Assembly: GCF_003334385.1 (NCBI RefSeq)
Contig: NZ_QOWN01000001.1
Strand: one strand, 5' to 3'
Length of the DNA: 64,000 nt
Source of the DNA: Escherichia coli
Lineage (GTDB): Bacteria > Pseudomonadota > Gammaproteobacteria > Enterobacterales > Enterobacteriaceae
Position numbers and translations under genes: made by a program. Position 1 is the stretch's first letter. Each line of letters opens with the position of its first letter. Positions 48,596 to 59,795 of the stretch are shown in pieces. The notes beneath the pieces are model-generated. The model ran no database searches. It was not told the origin of the DNA and was given only the letters and a program-made list of their open reading frames with translations.

Positions 48596-48725
48596 CCCCT
48601 CACCCCGGCCCTCTCCCCGGAGGGGCGAGGGAGAAAAAAAGAGTGCGGTGTCGTTTCAGAGTGAGGGAGTACATACAGCGCCGAACGGTCCCCTCTCCCT
48701 GAGGGAGAGGGTTAGGGTGAGGGGG
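48596..48725. repeat. two inverted copies of a GC-rich imperfect-palindrome intergenic repeat (boxC/REP-like, CCCTCTCC...GAGAGGG...GGGTGAGGG type)
   Basis: cccctcaccccggccctctccccggaggggcgaggg (48596-48631) and cccctctccctgagggagagggttagggtgaggggg (48689-48725) lie in opposite orientation between lldD and trmL. Confidence 0.65.
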
Positions 48726-48734
48726 CGCAAACGA

Positions 48735-49925
48735 CTATGCCGCATTCCCTTTCGCCATGGGAGCCAGTGCCGCAGGCAACTCTTTACCCAGCCCCTGCAC
48801 CAGCGAATCTTGCGTAATTTCGCTGATCGATTTCGCGCCAGTCAGCGTCATCGCCACTTTCATCTCTTTTTCGATCAGATTTAGCAGGTTAGCTACACCC
48901 GCCTGGCCCGCTGTTGCCAGCGCATACAAGAAAGCACGACCCAGCAGTACGGTGTCGGCACCGAGCGCAATCATACGCACGACATCAAGCCCGTTACGAA
49001 TTCCGCTATCCGCCAGAATGGCTATATCACCTTTCACCGCATCTGCAATAGCAGGCAGTGCACGGGCGGAAGAGAGTACACCGTCCAGCTGGCGGCCACC
49101 GTGGTTAGAAACCACAATTCCATCAGCACCAAAACGTACTGCATCGCGCGCATCTTCCGGATCGAGGATCCCTTTGATCACCATCGGGCCATCCCAGAAA
49201 TCGCGGATCCATTCAAGGTCTTTCCATGAGATGGACGGATCGAAGTTATTCCCCAGCCAGCCGATGTAATCTTCCAGTCCGGTCGGTTTGCCGAGATAAG
49301 CTGAGATATTACCTAAATCATGTGGACGACCGTTCAGGCCCACATCCCACGCCCATTGCGGATGTGTCACCGCTTGCAAGTAGCGGCGCATTGCCGCGTT
49401 CGGGCCGCTCATACCTGAATGCGCATCACGGTAGCGTGCGCCCGGTGTCGGCATATCCACGGTGAAAACCAGCGTCGAACAACCCGCTGCTTTTGCTCGC
49501 TCCAGCGCGTTACGCATAAAGCCGCGATCGCGCAGTACATAAAGCTGGAACCACATTGGGCGCTTGATGGCTGGCGCGACTTCTTCAATCGGGCAAACGG
49601 AAACCGTCGAGAGAGTAAACGGAATACCATGCGCGTCCGCCGCTTTGGCTGCCTGAACTTCGCCACGACGCGCATACATGCCACACAAACCCACCGGAGC
49701 CAGTGCCACCGGCATCGACAATTTCTCATTAAACAGCGTCGTTTCCAGGCTTAAGTCGGACATGTTTTTCAGAATACGCTGGCGCAGCGCCACTTCTGAC
49801 AAATCTTCCACGTTGCGGCGCAGCGTGTATTCAGAATATGCACCACCATCCATATAGTGGAACAGGAACGGCGGCAGAATGCGTTGCGCTGCGGCGCGAT
49901 AATCGCTGGCTGCGGAAATAATCAT
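48735..49925 (-). CDS. lldD: L-lactate dehydrogenase (FMN-dependent) LldD
   Basis: 396-aa ORF starting [38 protein letters not shown]. Confidence 0.96.
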
Positions 49926-50698
49926 GCGTTTTTCTCCCTCGAATGCTCATTATGCTCACCGGGCAGGCGGGTAATCCGTGCGTGGCGAGCCTGATCTTCA
50001 TCGAATCGTTTCATGGTGGTGTGAACAAAACTAAGGTGCGCCATCATTGCTTTACGCGCCCCGTCAGCATCACCGGCAAAAATGGCGTCAATGACAGCCT
50101 GATGTTGTTCGGTCAGTTGTGAAAAAACCGGTGGCACCAGATACATCCGCTGACGGCTATGCTTCACTGAGGATTGCAGGACATCGAAGAAACCGCGCAT
50201 GGTTTGCAGCAGCACGATGTTATGTGAGGCTTCGGCAATCGCCAGATGAAAACGAACGTCCGCTTGTGAGGCGATATCCGGGTCTTCACTTAGCGTTGCT
50301 TCAAAGCAAAGCTGAATCTTTTCTTTGTCGCCAGGTGTGGCGCGCATTGCCGCATGCCATGCGGTGCTGGCTTCAATGGCGTAGCGGGCTTCCAGAATAT
50401 CGAAACTGTAATCCGGATCATCGGCCATCAGTGTTTTTAGCGGCTGGACGATGTTTTGCTCCGACCATGTGTCATGACGCCAGCGAATAAACGTCCCGCC
50501 GCCGCGTCGACTGAGCAGCACGCCTTCACTCACCAGTTTTGCCAGCGCCTCGCGCAGTGAATTACGTGATACGCCGAGTTGCATCGCCAGTTGGCGCTCA
50601 GCGGGCAACTTCATGCCCGCTTCCAGGTTTTTTTCATCAATCAGCGCCCGCACACGATCGGCAACCTCGTCTGACAGGCGTCTGGGTAAAACAATCAT
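49922..50698 (-). CDS. lldR: GntR/FadR-family regulator LldR
   Basis: ORF 49922..50713. The ATG at 50698 gives 258 aa starting [38 protein letters not shown]. Start and stop overlap the neighbouring genes (TAATG, ATGA). Confidence 0.93.
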
Positions 50699-52353
50699 TA
50701 AGGAATCATCCACGTTAAGACATAAGCCTGAAGCGTGGTGATCACGCCCACTATACAGGTGAAGATCAGGCTGTGTTTGACAGTAAAGCGGAACAAATCA
50801 GACTCTTTGCCCACCAGGCCTACCGCCGCACAGGCGATAGCGATAGATTGCGGGGAGATCATCTTACCGGTGACGCCACCGGTGGTATTGGCGGCAACCA
50901 GCAACAGATCAGAGACGCCAATTTGTTGTGCTGCGGTGGCTTGCAGCGCGGCGAACAGGGCGTTAGATGAGGTATCCGACCCGGTCAGGAATACCCCCAG
51001 CCAGCCGAGGAACGGCGAGAAGAAGGTGAATGCATGACCGGTGTGCGCCAGTGCCAGCGCCAGTGTTGATGACAGTCCGGAATAGTTCGAAATAAAGGCG
51101 AATGCCAGCACCATACCGATGGAGTAGATGGGCAGAGCCAGTTCTTTCAGCGTGCTGCCGAAGGTGCTGATAGCGTCAGACGGTTTCATCTTCAGCCAGA
51201 CAATCGAGAGCAGTGCAGCAAACAGAATGGCGGTGCCGGTGGCAGAGAACCAGTCAAACTTAAACACGGCGGCATAGGCTGTAGCCTCGCTGACCACTGG
51301 CGGCATACGGGCAACCAGTTTATCGAGGTACGGCACCGGAATATTGATCACCCACTCATACAGCGCGCCACCCGATGCGAACAGGGCTTTAAACGGCGGG
51401 ATACTCCACAGTGTTACGGTAGCTGTCAGGAACAGGAACGGTGTCCAGGCACGTAACACCTGACCCGCAGTGTAACTGGTGTGGGCCAGCGTCATATCAA
51501 CCTGTGACGCCCCCAAATCACCAAAACGGAATACACGCACTGGCTGCCAGCGTTTGAGGAACAGCGTCAGGCAGAGCAGTGATACCAGCGAAGAGATAAT
51601 GTCCGGCAGCTCCGGCCCAATGAAGTTAGAGCTAAGGTACTGAGCGATGGCAAACGAGCCGCCCGCAACCACGACCGCAGGCCACGTCTCTTTGATACCG
51701 CGCCAGCCGTCCATAATCGCCATGATCCAGAACAGCACGATAATGGTCATAAACGGTAGCTGCCGCCCCACCATCTGACCAATCTCAAAGCTGTCGATAC
51801 CTGTTACCTGTCCGGCAACCAGGATTGGAATGCCCATCGCACCAAATGCCACTGGCGCGGTGTTAACAATCAGGCACAGCCCGGCGGCGTACAGCGGTTT
51901 AAAACCCAGGCCGACCAGCAATGCGGCGGTAATTGCTACCGGTGCGCCAAAGCCTGCGGCTCCTTCAAGGAACGCGCCGAAACAGAAACCGACGATCAGC
52001 ATTTGCAGACGCTGGTCAGGGGTTATCGAAAGAATAGACGAGCGAATGATGTCAAACTGCCCGGTTTTCACCGAGATCTTATAGACGAACACCGCTGCAA
52101 TAATGATCCACGCGATGGGCCACAACCCGTAGAAGAAACCATAAACCACCGAGGCCAGCGCGTTAGCGACCGGCATTTTATAGAACAGCAAAGCCACGGC
52201 AAGGGCGATTGCCACCGTCCACGAGGCGGCGACGTATCCTTTCAGTTTGAGCTTAATCAGCGCAAAGAAGAAAAACAGGATGGGAAGCGATGCTATCAGA
52301 CTGGAAAGCCAGATATTCCCGGCGGGATCGTAGTTTTGTTGCCAGAGATTCAT
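50698..52353 (-). CDS. lldP: L-lactate permease LldP
   Basis: ORF 50698..52380. The ATG at 52353 gives 551 aa starting [35 protein letters not shown]. Polytopic membrane protein. Confidence 0.94.
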   Translation of the reverse strand: MNLWQQNYDPAGNIWLSSLIASLPILFFFFALIKLKLKGYVAASWTVAIALAVALLFYKMPVANALASVVYGFFYGLWPIAWIIIAAVFVYKISVKTGQFDIIRSSILSITPDQRLQMLIVGFCFGAFLEGAAGFGAPVAITAALLVGLGFKPLYAAGLCLIVNTAPVAFGAMGIPILVAGQVTGIDSFEIGQMVGRQLPFMTIIVLFWIMAIMDGWRGIKETWPAVVVAGGSFAIAQYLSSNFIGPELPDIISSLVSLLCLTLFLKRWQPVRVFRFGDLGASQVDMTLAHTSYTAGQVLRAWTPFLFLTATVTLWSIPPFKALFASGGALYEWVINIPVPYLDKLVARMPPVVSEATAYAAVFKFDWFSATGTAILFAALLSIVWLKMKPSDAISTFGSTLKELALPIYSIGMVLAFAFISNYSGLSSTLALALAHTGHAFTFFSPFLGWLGVFLTGSDTSSNALFAALQATAAQQIGVSDLLLVAANTTGGVTGKMISPQSIAIACAAVGLVGKESDLFRFTVKHSLIFTCIVGVITTLQAYVLTWMIP

Positions 52354-52425
52354 TGCAGGTCTCCTGGAGTCCACGCACATCGTGTAATGAGTCTGTTGCT
52401 CATCTCCTTGTCACACGTTGTGTAA

Positions 52426-52442
52426 AAGTGGCACTGCCAATT
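52426..52442. promoter_or_regulatory. LldR operator-like palindrome proximal to lldP (O2-type)
   Basis: AAGTGGCACTGCCAATT is a near-palindrome of the AATTGG-N5-CCAATT type, 73-89 nt upstream of the lldP ATG. Confidence 0.7.
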
Positions 52443-52551
52443 GTGTTGTGTAGGGATAATGACAATGAATGGTTAACTAAATGTTATGTATTGGCAACAT
52501 TGATGTGAGTTTTAATTGGGAAATTGTGAACCAGAGGTCAGATAAGCGAAG

Positions 52552-52568
52552 AATTGGTAGGGCCAATT
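52552..52568. promoter_or_regulatory. LldR operator-like palindrome distal to lldP (O1-type)
   Basis: AATTGGTAGGGCCAATT has perfect 6-bp arms. Its centre is 126 bp from the proximal site, about 12 helical turns, which is consistent with looping by LldR. Confidence 0.7.
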
Positions 52569-52596
52569 CTTGTGGGGGGAGATGTCTGGTAAAGAA

Positions 52597-52626
52597 AAGG
52601 GCAATCCTCATCAGAGAATTGCCCTT
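52597..52626 (-). terminator. rho-independent terminator downstream of yibL
   Basis: Stem aagggcaat/attgccctt (9 bp). On the minus strand it is followed by TTTCTTT. Confidence 0.6.
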
Positions 52627-52654
52627 AGGTTGTTGATCCAGAGCGCCTTATCTT

Positions 52655-52688
52655 GCCGGATGCGGCGTGAACACCTTACTCGGCCTAT
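52655..52688. repeat. REP element
   Basis: gccggatgcggcgtgaacaccttactcggcctat is a degenerate copy of the REP consensus, just downstream of yibL. Confidence 0.7.
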
Positions 52689-52724
52689 AGGAATGTGCAG
52701 AATCACCCTGTAGATACTGTGTTC

Positions 52725-53087
52725 TTAAAACGCGGTCTTTGAAAACCCAGTCATCTCCTGCAGGCCCATTTCGCGGCCCAGTGCGGTCATTGGGTGCACA
52801 ACGACCAGTCCGCGAACACTTTTCTTCAGCTTGCCCATATCAGCCTGCTCTTTTTTGGTAATTGCGCGCTGGAATGGCATCTTCATCAGCTTCTGTGCTT
52901 CTTTACTCAGTTTTTGGCTATGAACTTCACGCAGGCGAGCAATTTCTGCTTCCAGCGTGGCTTTCTCTTTTTCCAGCTCGGCATATTTGTCTGCGGCTTC
53001 AACCAGCGAAAGATCGGCCTGCTGGTGGCGGATGGCGTCCAGGCGATCGCTGAGACGTTTGATTTCGTTTTTTTCGACTTCTTTCAT
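52725..53087 (-). CDS. yibL: ribosome-associated DUF2810 protein YibL
   Basis: 120-aa ORF starting [42 protein letters not shown]. Confidence 0.9.
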
Positions 53088-53371
53088 GTGATGGCTTCTG
53101 ATAAAGATAAATTTATAGCCCCTAGTATGCGCGACCAGGTGCTTTGTTCACAACTAATGACATTGTAATAGTTCTGTAACGTAATCATTAACATGCTCAA
53201 AAACTACGCAATTCGTTGATTAATTAAGAAATCTATAGAAAAAAGATAATAAACAGCAGCGGATGATTATTGAGGATTCAGCACGTTTTCCTTAATGTCA
53301 TCTTTACCGGGAACCTAAACTAAAATTGGCGGCCGCGCATTCCCGGCGCGGGGTAATACGGAGATATCATC

Positions 53372-53581
53372 ATGGGCAAATTAGGTGAAAACGTTCCGCT
53401 TCTTATCGATAAAGCCGTAGATTTCATGGCATCAAGCCAGGCGTTCCGGGAGTATCTGAAAAAACTTCCTCCCCGTAACGCGATTCCGTCCGGAATACCC
53501 GATGAAAGCGTGCCGTTATATCTACAACGTCTGGAGTATTATCGTCGGCTTTATCGGCCGAAGCAGGTAGAGGGGCAGTAA
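53372..53581 (+). CDS. yibT: small protein YibT (69 aa), function unknown
   Basis: 69-aa ORF starting [31 protein letters not shown], with a ggagat SD 8 nt upstream. The position between yibL and mtlR is as in K-12. Confidence 0.75.
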
Positions 53582-53600
53582 GCAGACGTTGCTTACTTTT
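53578..53600. terminator. bidirectional hairpin overlapping the stop codons of convergent yibT and mtlR
   Basis: Stem gtaagca/tgcttac with a 5-nt loop, followed by tttt. It spans the yibT TAA (53579-81) and the mtlR stop (53593-95). Confidence 0.55.
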
Positions 53601-54180
53601 GAAAGGCTTTTTTTAAGCTGATTTTGGAAATCAGCTCAGTCAGTGAAAGGACCATTGTTGATCGCACAGCCTGTTGATAGCGCTGAATTTGCATTGCATA
53701 CAAACTGGAGTCTGCTGGTTCAAACTGTGGCGGCGGTGGTAACGCCGCCACGCAGTGCAGTTCACCAAAGGGTCCAAGGATTTCGTCGTCGGTAAAGGCG
53801 TACTCGTTGCCGTCGTGATTTAGCTCTTCACGCAATGCCATCAGCAGTTCCGCATCTTCGTATTCCTGGCGGTTAATGACGCCCAACCCGTAAATGAGTT
53901 TTAAACGCACAGAAAGATCGCCCAGCGGACCATCGCCGTCGAGTAACGGTTCTACAGCATACTTCACCGCGTAATCGTCTTTGCGGAATACCTGAAGCAC
54001 CAGAAGATTTACCGCCTCGGTCAGGAGCTCGACGGCGGTGATCAGAAAGCTTCGCACGGTTTTGCCAGCATTCAGACGCTCAAGCACACGGTTTTCAAAG
54101 GCCTGGGTTTGTTCCATTGTTGCCTGCATATCTGACAATCTGTTATTCGGGCGCAGGGTGTCCTGCGCCTGGTCCACCAT
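53593..54180 (-). CDS. mtlR: mannitol operon repressor MtlR
   Basis: 195-aa ORF starting [40 protein letters not shown]. Its start overlaps the mtlD stop. Confidence 0.93.
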   Translation of the reverse strand: MVDQAQDTLRPNNRLSDMQATMEQTQAFENRVLERLNAGKTVRSFLITAVELLTEAVNLLVLQVFRKDDYAVKYAVEPLLDGDGPLGDLSVRLKLIYGLGVINRQEYEDAELLMALREELNHDGNEYAFTDDEILGPFGELHCVAALPPPPQFEPADSSLYAMQIQRYQQAVRSTMVLSLTELISKISLKKAFQK

Positions 54181-55328
54181 TATTGCATTGCTTTATAAGC
54201 GGTTACCGCCTCGGATACAACCTCGCTGTTGGCATCAAGACCGGAAATCTGTGCCAGCGCCGCCTGCGGACCTTTGTCAGCGATCAGTGCTGCCAGTTCC
54301 TGAGCCTGCGGATCATCTTCACTGCGGAAGTGCATTGCAGCGGCAATACCTTCAATCAGGTTTTTATGTGGCAGACCATATTCCAGCGTACCGAGCAGTG
54401 GCTTGATCAGACGGTCGCCAGCACTCAGTTTACGCAGTGGCTGACGGCCTACGCGCTCTACATCATCTTTCAGATACGGGTTCTCAAAACGGCCGAGAAT
54501 TTTCTGGATGTACGCCGCATGCTTGTCAGCGTCAAAGCCGTAGCGCTTGATCAATACTGCACCACTTTCTTCCATCGCACCTTTTACCACCGCGCGGATT
54601 TTCTCGTCGAGAATCGCGTCACGAATGGTCTGATGACCGGCCAGTTTTCCGAGGTACGCGGTTATAGCATGACCCGTGTTCAGGGTGAAGAGTTTACGTT
54701 CGACAAATGCCATCAGGTTGTCGGTTAACTCCATGCCTGGGATGTTCGGCAGTGCGCCTTTGAACTGCGTTTTATCGACAATCCATTCGCTGAAGGTTTC
54801 TACCGTCACTTCCAGCGGATCGTTAGTTGCCGAAGCCGAAGGCGGTACGATGCGGTCAACGGCGGAATCGACAAAGCCAACGTGTTCTTCTACCCACGCT
54901 TTGGCGTCTTCCGGCAGGGCGTTCATCACATGGCCTTTCAGCTGCGTGGTACCGCGTACCATGTTTTCACAGGCGATGATGTTCAGCGGGGATTCATTAC
55001 CTTGTTCTTTACGTTTCACCAGCCCTTTGGCGATTGCCGGAGCAATACGTTCCAGCACAACCGGGCCAACGGCGGTAGTGACTAAATCAACCTGAGCAAT
55101 CAGATCAACGACATCATCACCAATGCTGCTGACAGCATTGACGCCGGAAACGGTATCTACCTGCTCGGTTTCACCAACCACATGTACCTGATAGCTATGA
55201 CGGGCATTCAGGGCATCAAGTACCACCTGATTGACATCGGCAAACGTCAGTTGGATACCCGCGTCTGCCAGCAGTTTACCGATAAAGCCACGACCGATAT
55301 TACCTGCGCCAAAATGTAATGCTTTCAT
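54180..55328 (-). CDS. mtlD: mannitol-1-phosphate 5-dehydrogenase
   Basis: ORF 54180..55646. The ATG at 55328 gives 382 aa starting [24 protein letters not shown]. The upstream part of the ORF reads through REP repeats and is rejected. Confidence 0.95.
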   Translation of the reverse strand: MKALHFGAGNIGRGFIGKLLADAGIQLTFADVNQVVLDALNARHSYQVHVVGETEQVDTVSGVNAVSSIGDDVVDLIAQVDLVTTAVGPVVLERIAPAIAKGLVKRKEQGNESPLNIIACENMVRGTTQLKGHVMNALPEDAKAWVEEHVGFVDSAVDRIVPPSASATNDPLEVTVETFSEWIVDKTQFKGALPNIPGMELTDNLMAFVERKLFTLNTGHAITAYLGKLAGHQTIRDAILDEKIRAVVKGAMEESGAVLIKRYGFDADKHAAYIQKILGRFENPYLKDDVERVGRQPLRKLSAGDRLIKPLLGTLEYGLPHKNLIEGIAAAMHFRSEDDPQAQELAALIADKGPQAALAQISGLDANSEVVSEAVTAYKAMQ

Positions 55329-55357
55329 AGTATTAACCTTCATCAATGTTTTTACCC

Positions 55358-55551
55358 GAGAGGGCTGGGGTGAGGCTTTTCCCTCACCCAAACCCTCTCC
55401 GTGAGGAGAGGGGCAGCGCCGGATGCGGCGTAAGCGCCTTATCCGGCCTACAAGAACGTGCAAATTCAACAAATTGTGATGCATCCTGTAGGCCTGATAA
55501 GCGTAGCGCATCAGGCAATTAACCCCACCTTCTCCATGTGGAGAGGGTGGG
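55358..55551. repeat. BIME-like cluster: GC-rich boxC-like palindromes flanking two inverted REP units
   Basis: The cluster reads gagagggctggggtgagg...ccctcacccaaaccctctcc, then REP gccggatgcggcgtaagcgccttatccggcctac, then REP gtaggcctgataagcgtagcgcatcaggc, then ccccaccttctccatgtggagagggtggg. It lies in the mtlA-mtlD intergenic region. Confidence 0.8.
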
Positions 55552-55557
55552 ATTGGA

Positions 55558-57471
55558 TTACTTACGACCTGCCAGCAGTTCCAGCACTTCATCCACGCTG
55601 GTGGTGTGTGCCAGACGCTCGATGACGGACTCATCATCCAGTGCATTGGTCAGGCTGGTGATAACCTGAATGTGCTCGTTGTTACGGGCAGCAATACCAA
55701 TCACCAGACGGGCAATGTCATCTTCTTCTTCACCGAAGCGCACGCCTTCCGGGTACTGGCAGAACACGACGCCCGTTTTCAGTACGCGATCTTTCGCTTC
55801 AACCGTACCGTGTGGCACCGCGATAGACTCACCCAGATAAGTCGGGGTCAGTTTTTCACGATCCAGCATCGCCTGAACGTATTCCGGCTCAACGTAACCG
55901 CCTTTCACCAGCTGCTCGCCAGCAAAACGAATCGCTTCTTCTTTGGTTGCCGCTTTGCGACCGAGGAAGATGTTCTCCGCGCCTAGCTTGAACAGGTTAG
56001 CACTGGAATCGTCAAAGCTGTCTTTCAGGCTGTCTTTTACTTTCTCTTCGTTTGCCGTGTGGCGTTGGGCAGCAACCAGACGTTCGGTCAGGCTGGTGTA
56101 CAGGCCGCTGTCGAGGAAGTTGGTCAGCGAAATATGCTGTGCCTGCGGAACCTGGCGCATAGCGCGTTCGGTCAGGTCACGGTGAGTGATGACGAGGTCC
56201 ACATCTGGCGGCAGGTTGTTGATCGCGCTGTTAGTAACAGAAATCTGCGACAGACCTGCATCCTGAATTTTCTTACGCAGAACGCCTGCGCCCATCGCAC
56301 TGGAACCCATACCGGCGTCACAGGCAACGATGATTTTACGTACGTGGCTCAGGTCGTTAGTCACATCGCCAGCAGACAGCGGAGATGCGCCTTTAGACTC
56401 AGCTTTCATGTCCTGCATACGACGAGTTGCTGCTTCAATATCATCTTCTTCTTTCACTTTGCTGGTTTTCAGCAAAATAGCAGAGACAACGAAGGAGACA
56501 GCCATCGCCGCACACACACCCGCGATGTTAGCGAAGTAAGCACCTTTTGGTGTCATCGCCAGTACAGCAAGGATAGAACCCGGAGACGCCGGAGAAACCA
56601 GACCACCGCCCAGGATAGTCAGCGTGAACACGCCAGTCATACCGCCGAGGATGACTGCGAGGATCAGACGCGGATTCATCAGCACATACGGGAAGTAGAT
56701 TTCGTGGATACCCCCCAGGAAGTGGATGATTGCCGCACCGCCCGCAGACTGTTTAGCGCTACCACGACCAAAGAACATGTACGCCAGCAGCACGCCCATA
56801 CCTGGACCTGGGTTAGCTTCAATCAGGAAGAAGATTGATTTACCCAGTTCATGGGACTGCTGAATACCCAGCGGCGAGAAGATACCGTGGTTAATGGCGT
56901 TGTTGAGGAACAGGATTTTCGCCGGTTCAACAAAGATAGACGCCAGCGGCAGCATGTCATGGACAACCATGAAGTTAACGCCCGCAGCCAGCATTTTGGA
57001 CAGGGCTTCAACAATCGGGCCAATGCCGAGGAATGCCAGAATAGCGAGGATCATCCCGATGATGCCTGCGGAGAAGTTATTCACCAGCATCTCAAAACCG
57101 GATTTGATCTTACCGTCTACCCAGCGGTCGAAGTGCTTAATGCACCAGCCGCCCAGCGGACCTGCAATCATAGAACCGAGGAACATCGGCATGTCTGCGC
57201 CGACGATAACGCCCATGGTGGTGATGGCACCGACTACGCCGCCACGTTCGCCGCCTACCAGCTTACCACCGGTATAACCGATCAGCAGCGGCAGGAGATA
57301 AGTGATCATCGGCCCGACCAGCTTCGCCAGCGTCTCGTTCGGTAACCACCCTGTTGGAATAAATAACGCGGTGATGATACCCCACGCGATAAACGCGCCG
57401 ATATTTGGCATCACCATGTTGCTGAGGAAACGACCAAAGCTTTGCACTTTGATCTTAATATCGGATGACAT
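55558..57471 (-). CDS. mtlA: PTS mannitol-specific EIICBA component
   Basis: 637-aa ORF starting [37 protein letters not shown]. Confidence 0.96.
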   Translation of the reverse strand: MSSDIKIKVQSFGRFLSNMVMPNIGAFIAWGIITALFIPTGWLPNETLAKLVGPMITYLLPLLIGYTGGKLVGGERGGVVGAITTMGVIVGADMPMFLGSMIAGPLGGWCIKHFDRWVDGKIKSGFEMLVNNFSAGIIGMILAILAFLGIGPIVEALSKMLAAGVNFMVVHDMLPLASIFVEPAKILFLNNAINHGIFSPLGIQQSHELGKSIFFLIEANPGPGMGVLLAYMFFGRGSAKQSAGGAAIIHFLGGIHEIYFPYVLMNPRLILAVILGGMTGVFTLTILGGGLVSPASPGSILAVLAMTPKGAYFANIAGVCAAMAVSFVVSAILLKTSKVKEEDDIEAATRRMQDMKAESKGASPLSAGDVTNDLSHVRKIIVACDAGMGSSAMGAGVLRKKIQDAGLSQISVTNSAINNLPPDVDLVITHRDLTERAMRQVPQAQHISLTNFLDSGLYTSLTERLVAAQRHTANEEKVKDSLKDSFDDSSANLFKLGAENIFLGRKAATKEEAIRFAGEQLVKGGYVEPEYVQAMLDREKLTPTYLGESIAVPHGTVEAKDRVLKTGVVFCQYPEGVRFGEEEDDIARLVIGIAARNNEHIQVITSLTNALDDESVIERLAHTTSVDEVLELLAGRK

Positions 57472-57614
57472 AAAAACACCCCTTCTTATGTTTGCTGTCG
57501 CGCAGGCTGGAAGCCCGAGGTTTTTTGTTAATGTGGCGGCAGAGGTAGCCGGACCTTGTAGATACTGCGAAATCTGGCACTGAATCGGTTAACTGTCCAG
57601 TCGACGGCCTTTTG

Positions 57615-57630
57615 TGTGATATCAATCACA
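57615..57630. promoter_or_regulatory. CRP site (perfect TGTGA-N6-TCACA)
   Basis: tgtgatatcaatcaca, in the mtlA upstream region. Confidence 0.8.
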
Positions 57631-57658
57631 TAAATATAGGGGGTAGAGAGGTAATTGA

Positions 57659-57674
57659 CGTGACGTTCATCACA
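57659..57674. promoter_or_regulatory. CRP-like site (one mismatch)
   Basis: cgtgacgttcatcaca. Confidence 0.55.
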
Positions 57675-57731
57675 AAACGCTTGTGTAAAAAAGCAACAAG
57701 GCGGCGATTTTCGCTAAAAATGGCATTTAAA

Positions 57732-57747
57732 TGTGAGTAGTGTCACA
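57732..57747. promoter_or_regulatory. CRP site (perfect TGTGA-N6-TCACA)
   Basis: tgtgagtagtgtcaca. Confidence 0.8.
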
Positions 57748-57775
57748 TTTTTGTTTTGATGGTTTGTTGAATCTT

Positions 57776-57791
57776 TGTGATCTGAATCACA
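57776..57791. promoter_or_regulatory. CRP site (perfect TGTGA-N6-TCACA)
   Basis: tgtgatctgaatcaca. Confidence 0.8.
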
Positions 57792-58007
57792 AGATATTTT
57801 CTTACGGCGTTCACCTGATGTGATCTACAGCATGTTATGCCTTCGTCATACAATCGTTATGTAACTAAGCAACTCATCACCTCTAAAAATTATTCTTTGG
57901 TGTTATGGCGAGAATCGCGAACCCGGATTATTGTCAAAATATCAGCCTGACTCCCTTCTGGCTGCCAGCCCAAAAACAACACTGATAAACGTGAATCCGA
58001 GGCAGAT

Positions 58008-58370
58008 ATGTTTCTAAACTATTTCGCGTTGGGAGTGCTGATCTTCGTCTTTCTGGTGATTTTTTATGGAATCATCGCGATACATGACATCCCTTATCTG
58101 ATTGCCAAAAAGCGCAACCATCCCCATGCCGACGCTATTCATACGGCGGGCTGGGTGAGCCTGTTTACTCTGCATGTTATCTGGCCGTTTCTGTGGATCT
58201 GGGCGACGCTCTATCAACCGGAGCGTGGCTGGGGTATGCAGTCACATGTTGCGTCGCAGGAGAAAGCGACTGACCCGGAAATCGCCGCACTTTCTGACCG
58301 AATTTCCCGGCTGGAGCATCAACTCGCCGCCGAGAAAAAGACTGACTATTCCACGTTCCCGGAGATCTAA
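58008..58370 (+). CDS. yibI: DUF3302 small inner-membrane protein YibI
   Basis: 120-aa ORF starting [40 protein letters not shown], with two hydrophobic segments and a C-terminal amphipathic helix. It ends 2 nt before yibH. Confidence 0.88.
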   Translation: MFLNYFALGVLIFVFLVIFYGIIAIHDIPYLIAKKRNHPHADAIHTAGWVSLFTLHVIWPFLWIWATLYQPERGWGMQSHVASQEKATDPEIAALSDRISRLEHQLAAEKKTDYSTFPEI

Positions 58371-58372
58371 TT

Positions 58373-59509
58373 ATGGATCTATTGATTGTTTTAACTTACG
58401 TGGCGCTGGCGTGGGCGGTCTTTAAAATCTTCCGCATTCCGGTAAATCAGTGGACGCTGGCGACGGCGGCGCTGGGAGGCGTGTTTCTGGTGAGTGGTTT
58501 GATTTTGTTGATGAACTACAACCACCCTTACACTTTTACCGCGCAAAAGGCAGTGATAGCGATCCCTATCACGCCACAGGTGACGGGAATTGTTACTGAA
58601 GTCACTGACAAGAATAATCAGCTTATTCAAAAGGGCGAGGTGCTTTTTAAGCTCGACCCGGTTCGTTACCAGGCGCGAGTTGACAGACTTCAGGCTGACC
58701 TGATGACGGCGACGCATAATATAAAGACGCTGCGTGCGCAGCTCACTGAAGCGCAGGCCAACACCACCCAGGTTTCAGCGGAGCGCGACCGTCTGTTTAA
58801 AAATTATCAACGTTACTTGAAAGGCAGCCAGGCGGCGGTGAATCCGTTCTCGGAACGTGACATCGACGATGCGCGGCAAAATTTCCTCGCGCAGGATGCG
58901 CTGGTGAAAGGCTCGGTGGCGGAGCAGGCGCAGATCCAGAGCCAGCTCGACAGTATGGTTAACGGCGAGCAATCGCAGATTGTGAGCTTAAGAGCGCAAC
59001 TTACTGAAGCAAAATATAACCTTGAGCAGACTGTCATTCGCGCGCCGAGCAATGGCTACGTTACTCAGGTACTGATCCGCCCAGGTACATACGCAGCTGC
59101 CTTGCCGCTGCGTCCGGTGATGGTCTTCATCCCCGAGCAAAAACGGCAAATTGTCGCCCAATTTCGGCAAAACTCGCTGTTACGTCTGAAACCCGGCGAT
59201 GATGCGGAAGTGGTGTTTAACGCGCTACCTGGGCAGGTGTTTCACGGCAAACTGACTAGTATTTTACCTGTCGTGCCAGGCGGTTCTTATCAGGCGCAGG
59301 GGGTATTGCAATCATTAACGGTCGTGCCCGGCACGGACGGTGTGCTGGGAACCATTGAACTGGACCCTAACGATGATATCGATGCCTTACCCGACGGCAT
59401 CTACGCCCAGGTGGCGGTTTACTCCGACCATTTCAGCCATGTTTCGGTGATGCGGAAAGTGCTGCTAAGAATGACCAGCTGGATGCATTATCTTTATTTG
59501 GATCATTGA
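58373..59509 (+). CDS. yibH: HlyD-family membrane-fusion-like protein YibH
   Basis: 378-aa ORF with an N-terminal membrane anchor ([20 protein letters not shown]...), a coiled-coil hairpin ([24 protein letters not shown]...) and a beta-barrel C-terminus. Confidence 0.9.
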   Translation: MDLLIVLTYVALAWAVFKIFRIPVNQWTLATAALGGVFLVSGLILLMNYNHPYTFTAQKAVIAIPITPQVTGIVTEVTDKNNQLIQKGEVLFKLDPVRYQARVDRLQADLMTATHNIKTLRAQLTEAQANTTQVSAERDRLFKNYQRYLKGSQAAVNPFSERDIDDARQNFLAQDALVKGSVAEQAQIQSQLDSMVNGEQSQIVSLRAQLTEAKYNLEQTVIRAPSNGYVTQVLIRPGTYAAALPLRPVMVFIPEQKRQIVAQFRQNSLLRLKPGDDAEVVFNALPGQVFHGKLTSILPVVPGGSYQAQGVLQSLTVVPGTDGVLGTIELDPNDDIDALPDGIYAQVAVYSDHFSHVSVMRKVLLRMTSWMHYLYLDH

Positions 59510-59554
59510 GGGGGAGGGGGGAGATTATGGAACTTTGCTCCTTGTAAGGACTAA

Positions 59555-59795
59555 TTATTTTTGCATATTACTTCATTAGCTGCGATGATTTTTCTTTAAT
59601 ATTCATTATGTTAATAAGTTCTGGATGAGTGTGCTCTCATTGGATTTTTTATCCGTCTTGTTCTGCCGCAGGATGAGACTATACATCGTCGAGATCGCAA
59701 TGATGATATGAGTTGTTCCTCCTGCGACGGCTCTAATCAAAAAAGAGCAGGAGTGCTTTTCCATCTATTGCGATGATGGCTTTATTATCTGAAGG
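59555..59795 (-). pseudogene. remnant of an H-repeat (ISAs1-family) transposase gene; probably the K-12 yibU pseudogene
   Basis: Minus-strand translation in two alternating frames gives AIIAIDGKALLL..SRRRR, THIIIAISTMYSLILRQNKTDKKSNESTLIQNLL and PELINIMNIKEKII. These match the H-rpt protein motif block [65 protein letters not shown] as I recall it. The remnant has stops and frameshifts and is only about 80 codons long. Confidence 0.65.

Noticed and set aside
48596-48725. Possible CRISPR-like repeats
   Set aside because: There are only two copies, inverted rather than direct, with no spacer periodicity. They belong to a dispersed GC-rich intergenic palindrome family also seen at 55.36-55.55 kb.
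55329-55646. N-terminal extension of the mtlD ORF (488-aa version); similar extensions occur on gpmM (588 aa), recG, coaD, coaBC and others
   Set aside because: The extensions read through REP/BIME repeats or upstream genes and lack SD sequences. The internal ATGs give the known protein N-termini.
56059-56838. 259-aa plus-strand ORF
   Set aside because: It is antisense to mtlA. The Arg/His/Thr-rich composition is typical of the reverse frame of a membrane protein gene.
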